Positions 46,963 through 60,000 of a DNA stretch of 64,000 nucleotides are shown piece after piece. The stretch is taken from positions 38,998,001 to 39,062,000 of the forward strand of contig OZ024740.1 of assembly GCA_964016885.1 (NCBI GenBank), given 5' to 3'. Positions within the stretch are counted from its first letter, which is position 1; the number at the start of each line of letters is the position of its first letter. Source of the DNA: Eledone cirrhosa. Taxonomy: Eukaryota. The position numbers were made by a program, and so were the translations under genes. The notes beneath the pieces were generated by a model that saw nothing but the letters and a program-made list of their open reading frames with translations, was not told the DNA's origin and ran no database searches.

Positions 46963-47111
46963 GCCATCCTTTCCAGCATAGTTACTTCCCTTTACGATCT
47001 GAGTTCAAATCCCACCGAGGTTGACTTTGCCTTTCATCCCTACGGGGTCGATAAAATAAAGTACCAGTAATGCACTGGGGAATTTCTGGCCTTGTGCCTA
47101 AAGTAGAAATA
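46963..47111 (+). mobile_element. 5'-truncated tRNA-derived SINE insertion, copy 1 (149 bp), resembling cephalopod (Octopus) SINEs
   Basis: Seen: unique, more GC-rich sequence GCCATCC...AGTAGAAATA flanked by an exact 13-bp direct repeat AATATAGTGTAGT (46950-46962 and 47112-47124), with B-box-like AGTTCAAATCC. Recalled, not searched: the body (CTGAGTTCAAAT..CCGAGGT.GACTTTGCCTTTCATCC..CGGGGTCGATAAA..AAGTACCAGT...CACTGGGG) and the end (GGCCTTGTGCCTA.AGTAGAAA) match octopus SINE repeats. Confidence 0.85.
47002..47012 (+). promoter_or_regulatory. RNA polymerase III B-box-like motif (AGTTCAAATCC) in SINE copy 1; no upstream A-box recognised
   Basis: Fits the GTTCRANNC B-box / tRNA T-loop consensus. 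Probably non-functional because the 5' tRNA half appears to be missing. Confidence 0.6.
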
Positions 47112-47124
47112 AATATAGTGTAGT
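47112..47124 (+). repeat. Right target-site duplication (AATATAGTGTAGT) of SINE copy 1
   Basis: Exact match to 46950-46962. It keeps the uncommon AATATAG start rather than the consensus CTATATAG. Confidence 0.85.
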
Positions 47125-50100
47125 ATAGTAACTATATAACAGTAGTATTGTAACTATATAACAGTAGTATTGTAACTATATAACAGTAGCAGTGTAACTA
47201 TATAACAGTAGTATTGTAACTATATAACAGTAGTATTGTAACTATATAACAGTAGTTTTTGTAACTATATAGTGTAGTATTGTAACTATATAACAGTAGT
47301 ATTGTAACTATATAACAGTAGTATTGTTACTATATAACAGTAGTATTGTAACTATATAGCAGTAGTATTGTAACTATATTGCAGTAGTATTGTAACTATA
47401 TAACAGTAGTATTGTAACTATATAACAGTAGTATTGTACCTATATATTGTAGTATTGTAACTATATAAAAGTAGTATTGTAACTATATAACAGTAGTATT
47501 GTAACTATATGACAGTAGTATTGTAACTATATAAGAGTAGTATTGTAACTATATATAACAGTAGTATTGTAACTATATAACAGTAGTATTGTAACTATAT
47601 AGTATAGTATTGTAACTATATAAGAGTAGTATAGTAACTATACAACAGTAGTATCGTAATAATATATAACATTAGTATTGTAACTATATAAATCAGAAGT
47701 ATTGTAACTATATAGTGTAGTATTGTAACTATATAACAGTAGTATTGTAACTATATAGTGTAGTATTGTAACTATATAACAGTAGTATTGTAACTATATA
47801 ACAGTAGTATTGTAACTATTTAACAGTAGTATTGTAACTATATAACAGTAGTATTGTAACTATATAACAGTAGTATTGTAACTATATAGTATAGTATTGT
47901 AACTATATAACAGTAGTATTGTAACTATATAACAGTAGTATTGTAACTATATAGTGTAGTATTGTAACTATATAACAGTAGTATTGTAACTATATAACAG
48001 TAGTATTGTAACTATATAACAGTAGTATTGTAACTATATATAACATTAGTATTGTAACTATATAACAGTATTATTGTAACTATATAACAGTAGTATTGTA
48101 ACTATATAACATTAGTATTGTAACTATATACCAGTAGTATTGTAACTATATAACAGTAGTATTGTAACTATATAACAGTAGTATTGTAACTATATAACAG
48201 TAGTATTGTAAATATATAGTCTAGTATTGTAACTATATAACAGTAGTATTGTAACTATATAACAGTAGTTTTGTAACTATATTGTGTACTATTGTAACTA
48301 TATAACAGTAGTATTGTAACTATATAGTCTAGTATTGTAACTATATAACAGTAGTATTGTAACTATATAAGAGTAGTATTGTAACTATATAGTGTAGTAT
48401 TGTAACTATATAACAGTTGTATTGTAACTATATAGTGTAGTATTGTAACTATATAACAGTAGTATTGTAACTATATAACAGTAGTAATGTAACTATATAG
48501 TGTAGTATTGTAACTATATGACAGTAGTATTATAACTATATAACAGTAGTATTGTAACTATATAGTGTAGCATTGTAACTATATAACAGTAGTATTGAAA
48601 CTATATAACAGTAGTATTGTAACTATATTACAGTAGTATTGTAACTATATAAAAGTAGTTTTGTAACTATATAACAGTAGTATTGTAACTATATAACAGT
48701 AGCATTGTAACTATATAACAGTAGTATTGTAACTATATAGTGTAGTATTGTAACTATATATAACAGTAGTATTGTAACTATATAACAGTAGTATTGTAAC
48801 TATATTACAGTAGTATTGTAACTATATAACAGTAGTATTGTAACTATATAGTGTAGTATTGTAACTATATAACAGTAGTATTGTAACTATATAACAGTTG
48901 TATTGTAACTATATAACAGTAGTATAGTAACTATATAACAGTAGTATTGTAACTATATAGCAGTAGTATTGTAACTATATAGCTGTAGTATTTTACTATA
49001 TAGAAGTATTGTAACTATATATAACAGTAGTATTGTAACTATATAACAGTAGTATTGTAAATATATAACAGTAGTATTGTAACTATATAACAGTAGTATT
49101 CTAACTATATATAACAGTAGTATTGTAACTATATAACAGTAGCATTGTAACTATATAACAGTAGTATTGTAACTATATAGTGTAGTATTGTAACTATATA
49201 TAACAGTAGTATTGTAACTATATAACAGTAGTATTGTAACTATATAACAGTAGTATTGTAACTATATAGTGTAGTATTGTAACTATATAACAGTAGTATT
49301 GTAACTATATAACAGTAGTATTGTAACTATATAACAGTAGTATTGTAACTATATAGCAGTAGTATTGTAACTATATAACAGTAGTATTGTAACTATATAG
49401 CAGTAGTATTGTAACTATATAACAGTAGTATTGTAACTATATAACAGTAGTATTGTAACTATATAACAGTAGTATTGTAACTATATAACAGTAGTATTGT
49501 AACTATATAACAGTAGTATTGTAACTATATAACAGCAGTATTGTAACTATATAGCAGTAGTATTGTAACTATATAACAGTAGTATTGTAACTATATAACA
49601 GTAGTATTGTAACTATATAACAGTAGTATTGTAAATATATAACAGTAGTATTGTAACTATATAACAGTAGTATTGTAACTATATCGTGTAGTATTGTAAC
49701 TATATAACAGTAGTATTGTAACTATATAGCAGTAGTATTTTACTATATAGTAGTATTGTAACTATATATAACAGTAGTATTGTAACTATATAACAGTAGT
49801 ATTGTAACTATATAACAGTAGTATTGTAACTATATAGTGTAGTATTGTAACTATATATTGTAGTATTGTAACTATATAGTGTAGTATTGTACCTATATAA
49901 CAGTAGTATTGTAACTATATAACAGTAGTATTGTAACTATATAACAGTAGTATTGTAACTATATAACAGTAATAATGTAACTATATAGTGTCGTATTGTA
50001 ACTATATGCTGTAGTATTGTAACTATTTAACAGTAGTATTTTTAACTATATAAAAGTAGTATTGTAACTATATAAGAGTAGTATTGTAACTATATAGTGT

Positions 50101-53100
50101 AGTATTGTAACTATTTAACAGTAGTATTGTAACTATATAACAGTAGTATTGTAACTATATAACAGTAGTATTGTAACTATATAGTATAGTATTGTAACTA
50201 TATAACAGTAGTATTGTAACTATATAACAGTAGTATTGTAACTATATAGTGTAGTATTGTAACTATATAACAGTAGTATTGTAACTATATAACAGTAGTA
50301 TTGTAACTATATAACAGTAGTATTGTAACTATATATAACATTAGTATTGTAACTATATAACAGTAGTATTGTAACTATATAACAGTAGTATTGTAACTAT
50401 ATAACAGTAGTATTGTAATTATATAACAGTAGTATTGTAACTATATAACAGTAGTATTGTAACTATATAGCAGTAGTATTGTAACTATATAGCAGTAGTA
50501 TTTCACTATATAATAGTAGTATTGTAACTATATAGTGTAGCATTGTAACTATATAACAGTAGTATTGTAACTATATAATATTGTAACTATATAACAGTAG
50601 TATTGTTACTATATAACAGTAGTATTGTAACTATATAGTGTTGTATTGTAACTATATAACAGTAGTATTGTAACTATATAACAGTAGTATTGTAACTATA
50701 TAACAGTAGTATCGTAACTATATAACAGTAATATTGTAACTATATAGCAGTAGTATTGTAACTATATTGCAGTAATATTGTAACTATATAACAGTAGTAT
50801 TGTAACTATATAGTGTAGCATTGTAACTATATAACAGTAGTATTGTAACTATATAACAGTAGTATTGTAACTATATAACAGTAGTATTGTAACTATATAA
50901 CAGTGGTATTGTAACTATAGAACAGTAGTATTGTAACTATATAGTGTAGTATTGTAACTATATAACAGTAGTATTGTACCTATTTAACAGTGGTATTGTA
51001 ACTATATAACAGTAGTATTGTAACTATATAGTGTAGTAGTGTAACTATATAACAGTAGTATTGTAACTATACAACAGTAGTATTGAAACTATATAAATAT
51101 TATTGTAACTATATAGTGTAGCATTGTAACTATACAACAGTAGTATGGTAACTATATAACAGTAGTATTGTAACTATATAGTGTAGCATTGTAACTATAC
51201 AACAGTAGTATGGTAACTATATAACAGTAGTATTGTAACTATATAACAGTAGTATTGTAACTATATAACAGTAGTATTGTAACTATATATAACAGTAGTA
51301 TTGTAACTATATAACAGTAGTATTGTAACTATATAGTATAGTATTGTAACTATATAAGAGTAGTATTGTAACTGTACAACAGTAGTATCGTAACTATATA
51401 TAACAGTAGTATTGTAACTATATAAAACAGTAGTATTGTAACTATATAGTGTAGTATTGTAACTATATAACAGTAGTATTGTAACTATATAACAGTAGTA
51501 TTGTAACTATATAGTGTAGTATTGTAACTATATAATAGTAGTATTGTAACTATATAACAGTAGTATTGTAACTATATAGTGTAGTATTGTAACTATATAG
51601 TGTAGTATTGTAACTATATAGTGTAGTATTGTAACTATATAACAGTAGTATTGTAACTATATAACAGTAGTATTGTAACTATATAGTGTAGTATTGTAAC
51701 TATATAACAGTAGTATTGTAGCTATATAGTGTAGTATTGTAAATATATAACAGTAGTATTGTAACTATATAACAGTAGTAATGTAACTATATAGTGTAGT
51801 ATTGTAACTATATGCTGTAGTATTGTAACTATTTAACAGTAGTATTTTTACCTATATAAAAGTAGTATTGTAACTATATAAGAGTAGTATTGTAACTATA
51901 TAGTGTAGTATTGTAACTATTTAACAGTAGTATTGTAACTATATAACAGTAGTATTGTAACTATATAACAGTAGTATTGTAACTATATAGTGTAGTATTG
52001 TAACTATATAACAGTAGTATTGTAACTATATAACAGTAATATTGTAACTATATATAACATTAGTATTGTAACTAAATAACAGTAGTATTGTTACTATATA
52101 ACAGTAGTATTGTAACTATATAACATTAGTATTGTAACTATATACCAGTAGTATTGTAACTATATAACAGTAGTATTGTAACTATATAACAGTAGTATTG
52201 TAACTATATAACAGTAGTATTGTAAATATATAGTGTAGTATTGTAACTATATAACAGTAGTATTGTAACTATATAGTGTACTATTGTAACTATATAGCAG
52301 TAGTATTGTAACTATATAGTCTAGTATTGTAACTATATAACAGTAGTATTGTAACTATATAAGAGTAGTATTGTAACTATATAAAAGTAGTATTGTAACT
52401 ATATAACAGTAGTATTGTAACTATATAACAGTAGCATTGTAACTATATAACATTAGTATTGTAACTATATAGTGTAGTATTGTAACTATATATAACAGTA
52501 GTATTGTAACTATACAACAGTAGTATTGTAACTATATAACAGTAGTATTGTAACTATATAACAGTAGTATTGTAACTATATAACAGTAGTATTGTAACTA
52601 TACAACAGTAGTATAGTAACTATAAAACAGTAGTATTGTAACTATATAACAGTAGTATTGTAACTATATAACAGTAGTATTGTAACTATATAACAGTAGT
52701 ATTGTAACTATATAGTGTAGTATTGTAACTATTTAACAGTAGTATTGTAACTATATAACAGTAGTATTGTAACTATATAACAGTAGTATTGTAAATATTT
52801 AGTGTCGTATTGTAACTATATAACAGTAGTATTGTAACTATATAGTGTACTATTGTAACTATATAACAGTAGTATTGTAACTATATAGTCTAGTATTGTA
52901 ACTATATAACAGTAGTATTGTAACTATATAAGAGTAGTATTGTAACTATATAGTGTAGTATTGTAACTATATAACAGTTGTATTGTAACTATATAGTGTA
53001 GTATTGTAACTATATAACAGTAGTATTGTAACTATATAACAGTAGTAATGTAACTATATAGTGTAGTATTGTAACTATATGACAGTAGTATTATAACTAT

Positions 53101-54317
53101 ATAACAGTAGTATTGTAACTATATAGTGTAGCATTGTAACTATATACCAGTAGTATTGAAACTATATAACAGTAGTATTGTAACTATATTACAGTAGTAT
53201 TGTAACTAAATAACAGTAGTTTTGTAACTATATAACAGTAGTATTGTAACTATATAACAGTAGCATTGTAACTATATAACAGTAGTATTGTAACTATATA
53301 GTGTAGTATTGTAACTATATATAACAGTAGTATTGTAACTATATAACAGTAGTATTGTAACTATATAACAGTAGTATTGTAACTATATAACAGTAGTATT
53401 GTAACTATATAGTGTAGTATTGTAACTATATAACAGTAGTATTGTAACTGTATAACAGTTGTATTGTAACTATATAACAGTAGTATAGTAACTATATAAC
53501 AGTAGTATTGTAACTATATAGCAGTAGTATTGTAACTATATAGCTCTAGTATTTTACTATATAGTAGTATTGTAACTATATATAACAGTAGTATTGTAAC
53601 TATATAACAGTAGTATTGTAACTATATAACAGTAGTATTGTAACTATATAACAGTAGTATTGCAACTATATAGCAGTAGTATTTTAACTATATAACAGTA
53701 GTATTGTAACTATATAACAGTAGTATTGTAACTATATAACAGTAGTATTCTAACTATATATAACAGTAGTATTGTAACTATATAACAGTAGCATTGTAAC
53801 TATATAACAGTAGTATTGTAACTATATAGTGTAGTATTGTAACTATATATAACAGTAGTATTGTAACTATATAACAGTAGTATTGTAACTATATAACAGT
53901 AGTATTGTAACTATATAGTGTAGTATTGTAACTATATAACAGTAGTATTGTAACTATATAACAGTAGTATTGTAACTATATAACAGTAGTATTGTAACTA
54001 TATAGCAGTAGTATTGTAACTATATAACACTAGTATTGTAACTATATAGCAGTAGTATTGTAACTATATAACAGTAGTATTGTAACTATATAACAGTAGT
54101 ATTGTAACTATATAACTGTAGTATTGTAACTATACAACAGTAGTATGGTAACTATATAACAGTAGTATTGTAACTATATAGTGTAGCATTGTAACTATAC
54201 AACAGTAGAATGGTAACTATATAACAGTAGTATTGTAACTATATAGTGTAGTATTGTAACTATATAACAGTAGCATCGTAACTATATAAAAGTAGTATTG
54301 TAACAATATAGAGTAGT

Positions 54318-54466
54318 GCCATCCTTTCCAGCATAGTTACTTCCCTTTACGATCTGAGTTCAAATCCCGCCGAGGTTGACTTTGCCTTTCATCCCTACGG
54401 GGTCGATAAAATAAAGTACCAGTAATGCACTGGGGAATTTCTGGCCTTGTGCCTAAAGTAGAAATA
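54318..54466 (+). mobile_element. Same SINE insertion, copy 2 (149 bp)
   Basis: Identical to copy 1 apart from one substitution I could see (A47014 vs G54369). Same junctions; left flank AATATAGAGTAGT (54305-54317, one mismatch), right flank AATATAGTGTAGT (54467-54479). Offset is 7355 bp. Confidence 0.85.
54357..54367 (+). promoter_or_regulatory. RNA polymerase III B-box-like motif (AGTTCAAATCC) in SINE copy 2
   Basis: Same motif as 47002-47012, shifted by 7355 bp. Confidence 0.6.
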
Positions 54467-57019
54467 AATATAGTGTAGTATAGTAACTATATAACAGTAG
54501 TATTGTAACTATATAACAGTAGTATTGTAACTATATAACAGTAGCAGTGTAACTATATAACAGTAGTATTGTAACTATATAACAGTAGTATTGTAACTAT
54601 ATAACAGTAGTTTTTGTAACTATATAGTGTAGTATTGTAACTATATAACAGTAGTATTGTAACTATATAACAGTAGTATTGTTACTATATAACAGTAGTA
54701 TTGTAACTATATAGCAGTAGTATTGTAACTATATTGAAGTAGTATTGTAACTATATAACAGTAGTATTGTAACTATATAACAGTAGTATTGTACCTATAT
54801 AGTGTAGTATTGTAACTATATAAAAGTAGTATTGTAACTATATAACAGTAGTATTGTAACTATATAACAGTAGTATTGTAACTATATAGTGTAGTATTGT
54901 AACTATATAACAGTAGTATTGTAACTATATAACAGTAGTATTGTAACTATATAGTGTAGTATTGTAACTATATAGTGTAGTATTGTAACTATATAGTGTA
55001 GTATTGTATCTATATAACAGTAGTATTGTAACTATATAACAGTAGTATTGTAACTATATAGTGTAGTATTGTAACTATATAACAGTAGTATTGTAACTAT
55101 ATAACAGTAGTAATGTAACTATATAGTGTAGTATTGTAACTATATGCTGTAGTATTGTAACTATTTAACAGTAGTATTTTTAACTATATAAAAGTAGTAT
55201 TGTAACTATATAAGAGTAGTATTGTAACTATATAGTGTAGTATTGTAACTATTTAACAGTAGTATTGTAACTATATAACAGTAGTATTGTAACTATATAA
55301 CAGTAGTATTGTAACTATATAGTATAGTATTGTAACTATATAACAGTAGTATTGTAACTATATAACAGTAGTATTGTAACTATATAGTGTAGTATTGTAA
55401 CTATATAACAGTAGTATTGTAACTATATAACAGTAGTATTGTAACTATATAACAGTAGTATTGTAACTATATATAACATTAGTATTGTAACTATATAACA
55501 GTATTATTGTAACTATATAACAGTAGTATTGTAACTATATAACATTAGTATTGTAACTATATACCAGTAGTATTGTAACTATATAACAGTAGTATTGTAA
55601 CTATATAACAGTAGTATTGTAACTATATAACAGTAGTATTGTAAATATATAGTGTAGTATTGTAACTATATAACAGTAGTTTTGTAACTATATAGTGTAC
55701 TATTGTAACTATATAACAGTAGTATTGTAACTATATAGTGTAGTATTGTAACTATATAACAGTAGTATTGTAACTATATAACAGTAGTAATGTAACTATA
55801 TAGTGTAGTATTGTAACTATATGACAGTAGTATTATAACTATATAGCAGTAGTATTGTAACTATATAATGTAGCATTGTAACTATATAACAGTAGTATTG
55901 AAACTATATAACAGTAGTATTGTAACTATATTACAGTAGTATTGTAACTATATAAAAGTAGTTTTGTAACTATATAACAGTAGTATTGTAACTATATAAC
56001 AGTAGCATTGTAACTATATAACAGTAGTATTGTAACTATATAGTGTAGTATTGTAACTATATATAACAGTAGTATTGTAACTATATAACAGTAGTATTGT
56101 AACTATATAACAGTAGTATTGTAACTATATAACAGTAGTATTGTAACTATATAGTGTAGTATTGTAACTATATAACAGTAGTATTGTAACTATATAACAG
56201 TTGTATTGTAACTATATAACAGTAGTATAGTAACTATATAACAGTAGTATTGTAACTATATAGCAGTAGTATTGTAACTATATAGCTGTAGTATTTTACT
56301 ATATAGTAGTATTGTAACTATATATAACAGTAGTATTGTAACTATATAACAGTAGTATTGTAACTATATAACAGTAGTATTGTAACTATATAACAGTAGT
56401 ATTGCAACTATATAGCAGTAGTGTTTTAACTATATAACAGTAGTATTGTAAATATATAACAGTAGTATTGTAACTATATAACAGTAGTATTCTAACTATA
56501 TATAACAGTAGTATTGTAACTATATAACAGTAGCATTGTAACTATATAACAGTAGTATTGTAACTATATAGTGTAGTATTGTAACTATATATAACAGTAG
56601 TATTGTAACTATATAACAGTAGTATTGTAACTATATAACAGTAGTATTGTAACTATATAGTGTAGTATTGTAACTATATAACAGTAGTATTGTAACTATA
56701 TAACAGTAGTATTGTAACTATATAACAGTAGTATTGTAACTATATAGCAGTAGTATTGTAACTATATAACAGTAGTATTGTAACTATATAGCAGTAGTAT
56801 TGTAACTATATAGCAGTAGTATTGTAACTATATAACAGTAGTATTGTAACTATATAACAGTAGTATTGTAACTATATAACAGTAGTATTGTAACTATATA
56901 ACAGTAGTATTGTAACTATATAACAGTAGTATTGTAACTATATAACAGTAGTATTGTAACTATATAACAGTAGTATTGTAACTATATCGTGTAGTATTGT
57001 AACTATATAACAGTAGTAT

Positions 57020-60000
57020 TGTAACTATATAGCAGTAGTATTTTACTATATAGTAGTATTGTAACTATATATAACAGTAGTATTGTAACTATATAACAGT
57101 AGTATTGTAACTATATAACAGTAGTATTGTAACTATATAGTGTAGTATTGTAACTATATATTGTAGTATTGTAACTATATAGTGTAGTATTGTACCTATA
57201 TAACAGTAGTATTGTAACTATATAACAGTAGTATTGTAACTATATATAACATTAGTATTGTAACTATATAACAGTAGTATTGTAACTATATAACAGTAGT
57301 ATTGTAACTATATAACAGTAGTATTGTAATTATATAACAGTAGTATTGTAACTATATAACAGTAGTATTGTAACTATATAGCAGTAGTATTGTAACTATA
57401 TAGCAGTAGTATTTTACTATATAGTAGTAGTATTGTAACTATATAGTGTAGCATTGTAACTATATAACAGTAGTATTGTAACTATATAGTATTGTAACTA
57501 TATAACAGTAGTATTGTTACTATATAACAGTAGTATTGTAACTATATAGTGTTGTATTGTAACTATATAACAGTAGTATTGTAACTATATAACAGTAGTA
57601 TTGTAACTATATAACAGTATTATCGTAACTATATAACAGTAATATTGTAACTATATAGCAGTAGTATTGTAACTATATTGCAGTAATATTGTAACTATAT
57701 AACAGTAGTATTGTAACTATATACTGTAGCATTGTAACTATATAACAGTAGTATTGTAACTATATAACAGTAGTATTGTAACTATATACCAGTAGTATTG
57801 TAACTATATAACAGTGGTATTGTAACTATAGAACAGTAGTATTGTAACTATATAGTGTAGTATTGTAACTATATAACAGTAGCATTGTACCTATTTAACA
57901 GTGGTATTGTAACTATATAACAGTAGTATTGTAACTATATAGTGTAGTATTGTAACTATATAACTGTAGTATTGTAACTATACAACAGTAGTATTGAAAC
58001 TATATAAATAGTATTGTAACTATATAGTGTAGCATTGTAACTATACAACAGTAGTATGGTAACTATATAACAGTAGTATTGTAACTATATAGTGTAGCAT
58101 TGTAACTATACAACAGTAGTATGGTAACTATATAACAGTAGTATTGTAACTATATAACAGAAGTATTGTAACTATATAACAGTAGTATTGTAACTATATA
58201 TAACAGTAGTATTGTAACTATATAGTATAGTATTGTAACTATATAAGAGTAGTATTGTAACTGTACAACAGTAGTATCGTAACTATATATAACAGTAGTA
58301 TTGTAACTATATAAAACAGTAGTATTGTAACTATATAGTGTAGTATTGTAACTATATAACAGTAGTATTGTAACTATATAACAGTAGTATTGTAACTATA
58401 TAGTGTAGTATTGTAACTATATAACAGTAGTATTGTAACTATATAACAGTAGTATTGTAACTATATAGTGTAGTATTGTAACTATATAGTGTAGTATTGT
58501 AACTATATAGTGTAGTATTGTAACTATATAACAGTAGTATTGTAACTATATAACATTAGTATTGTAACTATAAAGTGTAGTATTGTAACTATATAACAGT
58601 AGTATTGTAGCTATATAGTGTAGTATTGTAACTATATAACAGTAGTATTGTAACTATATAACAGTAGTAATGTAACTATATAGTGTAGTATTGTAACTAT
58701 ATGCTGTAGTATTGTAACTATTTAACAGTAGTATTTTTACCTATATAAAAGTAGTATTGTAACTATATAAGAGTAGTATTGTAACTATATAGTGTAGTAT
58801 TGTAACTATTTAACAGTAGTATTGTAACTATATAACAGTAGTATTGTAACTATATAACAGTAGTATTGTAACTATATAGTATAGTATTGTAACTATATAA
58901 CAGTAGTATTGTAACTATATAACAGTAGTATTGTAACTATATAACAGTAATATTGTAACTATATATAACATTAGTATTGTAACTAAATAACAGTAGTATT
59001 GTTACTATATAACAGTAGTATTGTAACTATATAACATTAGTATTGTAACTATATACCAGTAGTATTGTAACTATATAACAGTAGTATTGTAACTATATAA
59101 CAGTAGTATTGTAACTATATAACAGTAGTATTGTAAATATATAGTGTAGTATTGTAACTATATAACAGTAGTATTGTAACTATATAGTCTAGTATTGTAA
59201 CTATATAACAGTAGTATTGTAACTATATAAGAGTAGTATTGTAACTATATAGTGTAGTATTGTAACTATATAACAGTAGTATTGTAACTATATAGTGTAG
59301 TATTGTAACTATATAACAGTAGTATTGTAACTATATAACAGTAGTAATGTAACTATATAGTGTAGTATTGTAACTATATGACAGTAGTATTGAAACTATA
59401 TAACAGTAGTATTGTAACTCTTTTACAGTAGTATTGTAACTATATAAAAGTAGTATTGTAACTATATAACAGTAGTATTGTAACTATATAACAGTAGCAT
59501 TGTAACTATATAACATTAGTATTGTAACTATATAGTGTAGTATTGTAACTATATATAACAGTAGTATTGTAACTATACAACAGTAGTATTGTAACTATAT
59601 AACAGTAGTATTGTAACTATATAACAGTAGTATTGTAACTATATAACAGTAGTATTGTAACTATACAACAGTAGTATAGTAACTATACAACAGTAGTATT
59701 GTAACTATATAACAGTAGTATTGTAACTATATAACAGTAGTATTGTAACTATATAACAGTAGTATTGTAACTATATAGTGTAGTATAGTAACTATACAAC
59801 AGTAGTATTATAACTATATAGTGTAGTATTGTAACTATATAGAGTAGTGTTGTAGCTATATAGAGTAGTATTGTAGCTATATAGTGTAGTATAGTAACTA
59901 TACAACAGTAGTATTTTAACTATATAACAGTAGTATTGTAACTATATAGTGTAGTATAGTAACTATACAACAGTAGTATTGTAACTATATAGTGTAGTAT

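Noticed and set aside
46990-47030. tRNA gene
   Set aside because: Only a T-loop/B-box-like motif is present. I cannot build an acceptor stem, D-arm or anticodon arm, and a SINE head remnant explains it better.
47051-47060. AATAAA polyadenylation signal, and TATA boxes in each monomer
   Set aside because: These are expected by chance in AT-rich or SINE sequence, with no gene context.
46963-54466. The two 149-bp copies as LTRs or terminal repeats of a 7.5-kb element
   Set aside because: The intervening DNA is pure satellite, each copy has its own TSD, there are no TG...CA ends, and homology extends into the flanks of both copies.
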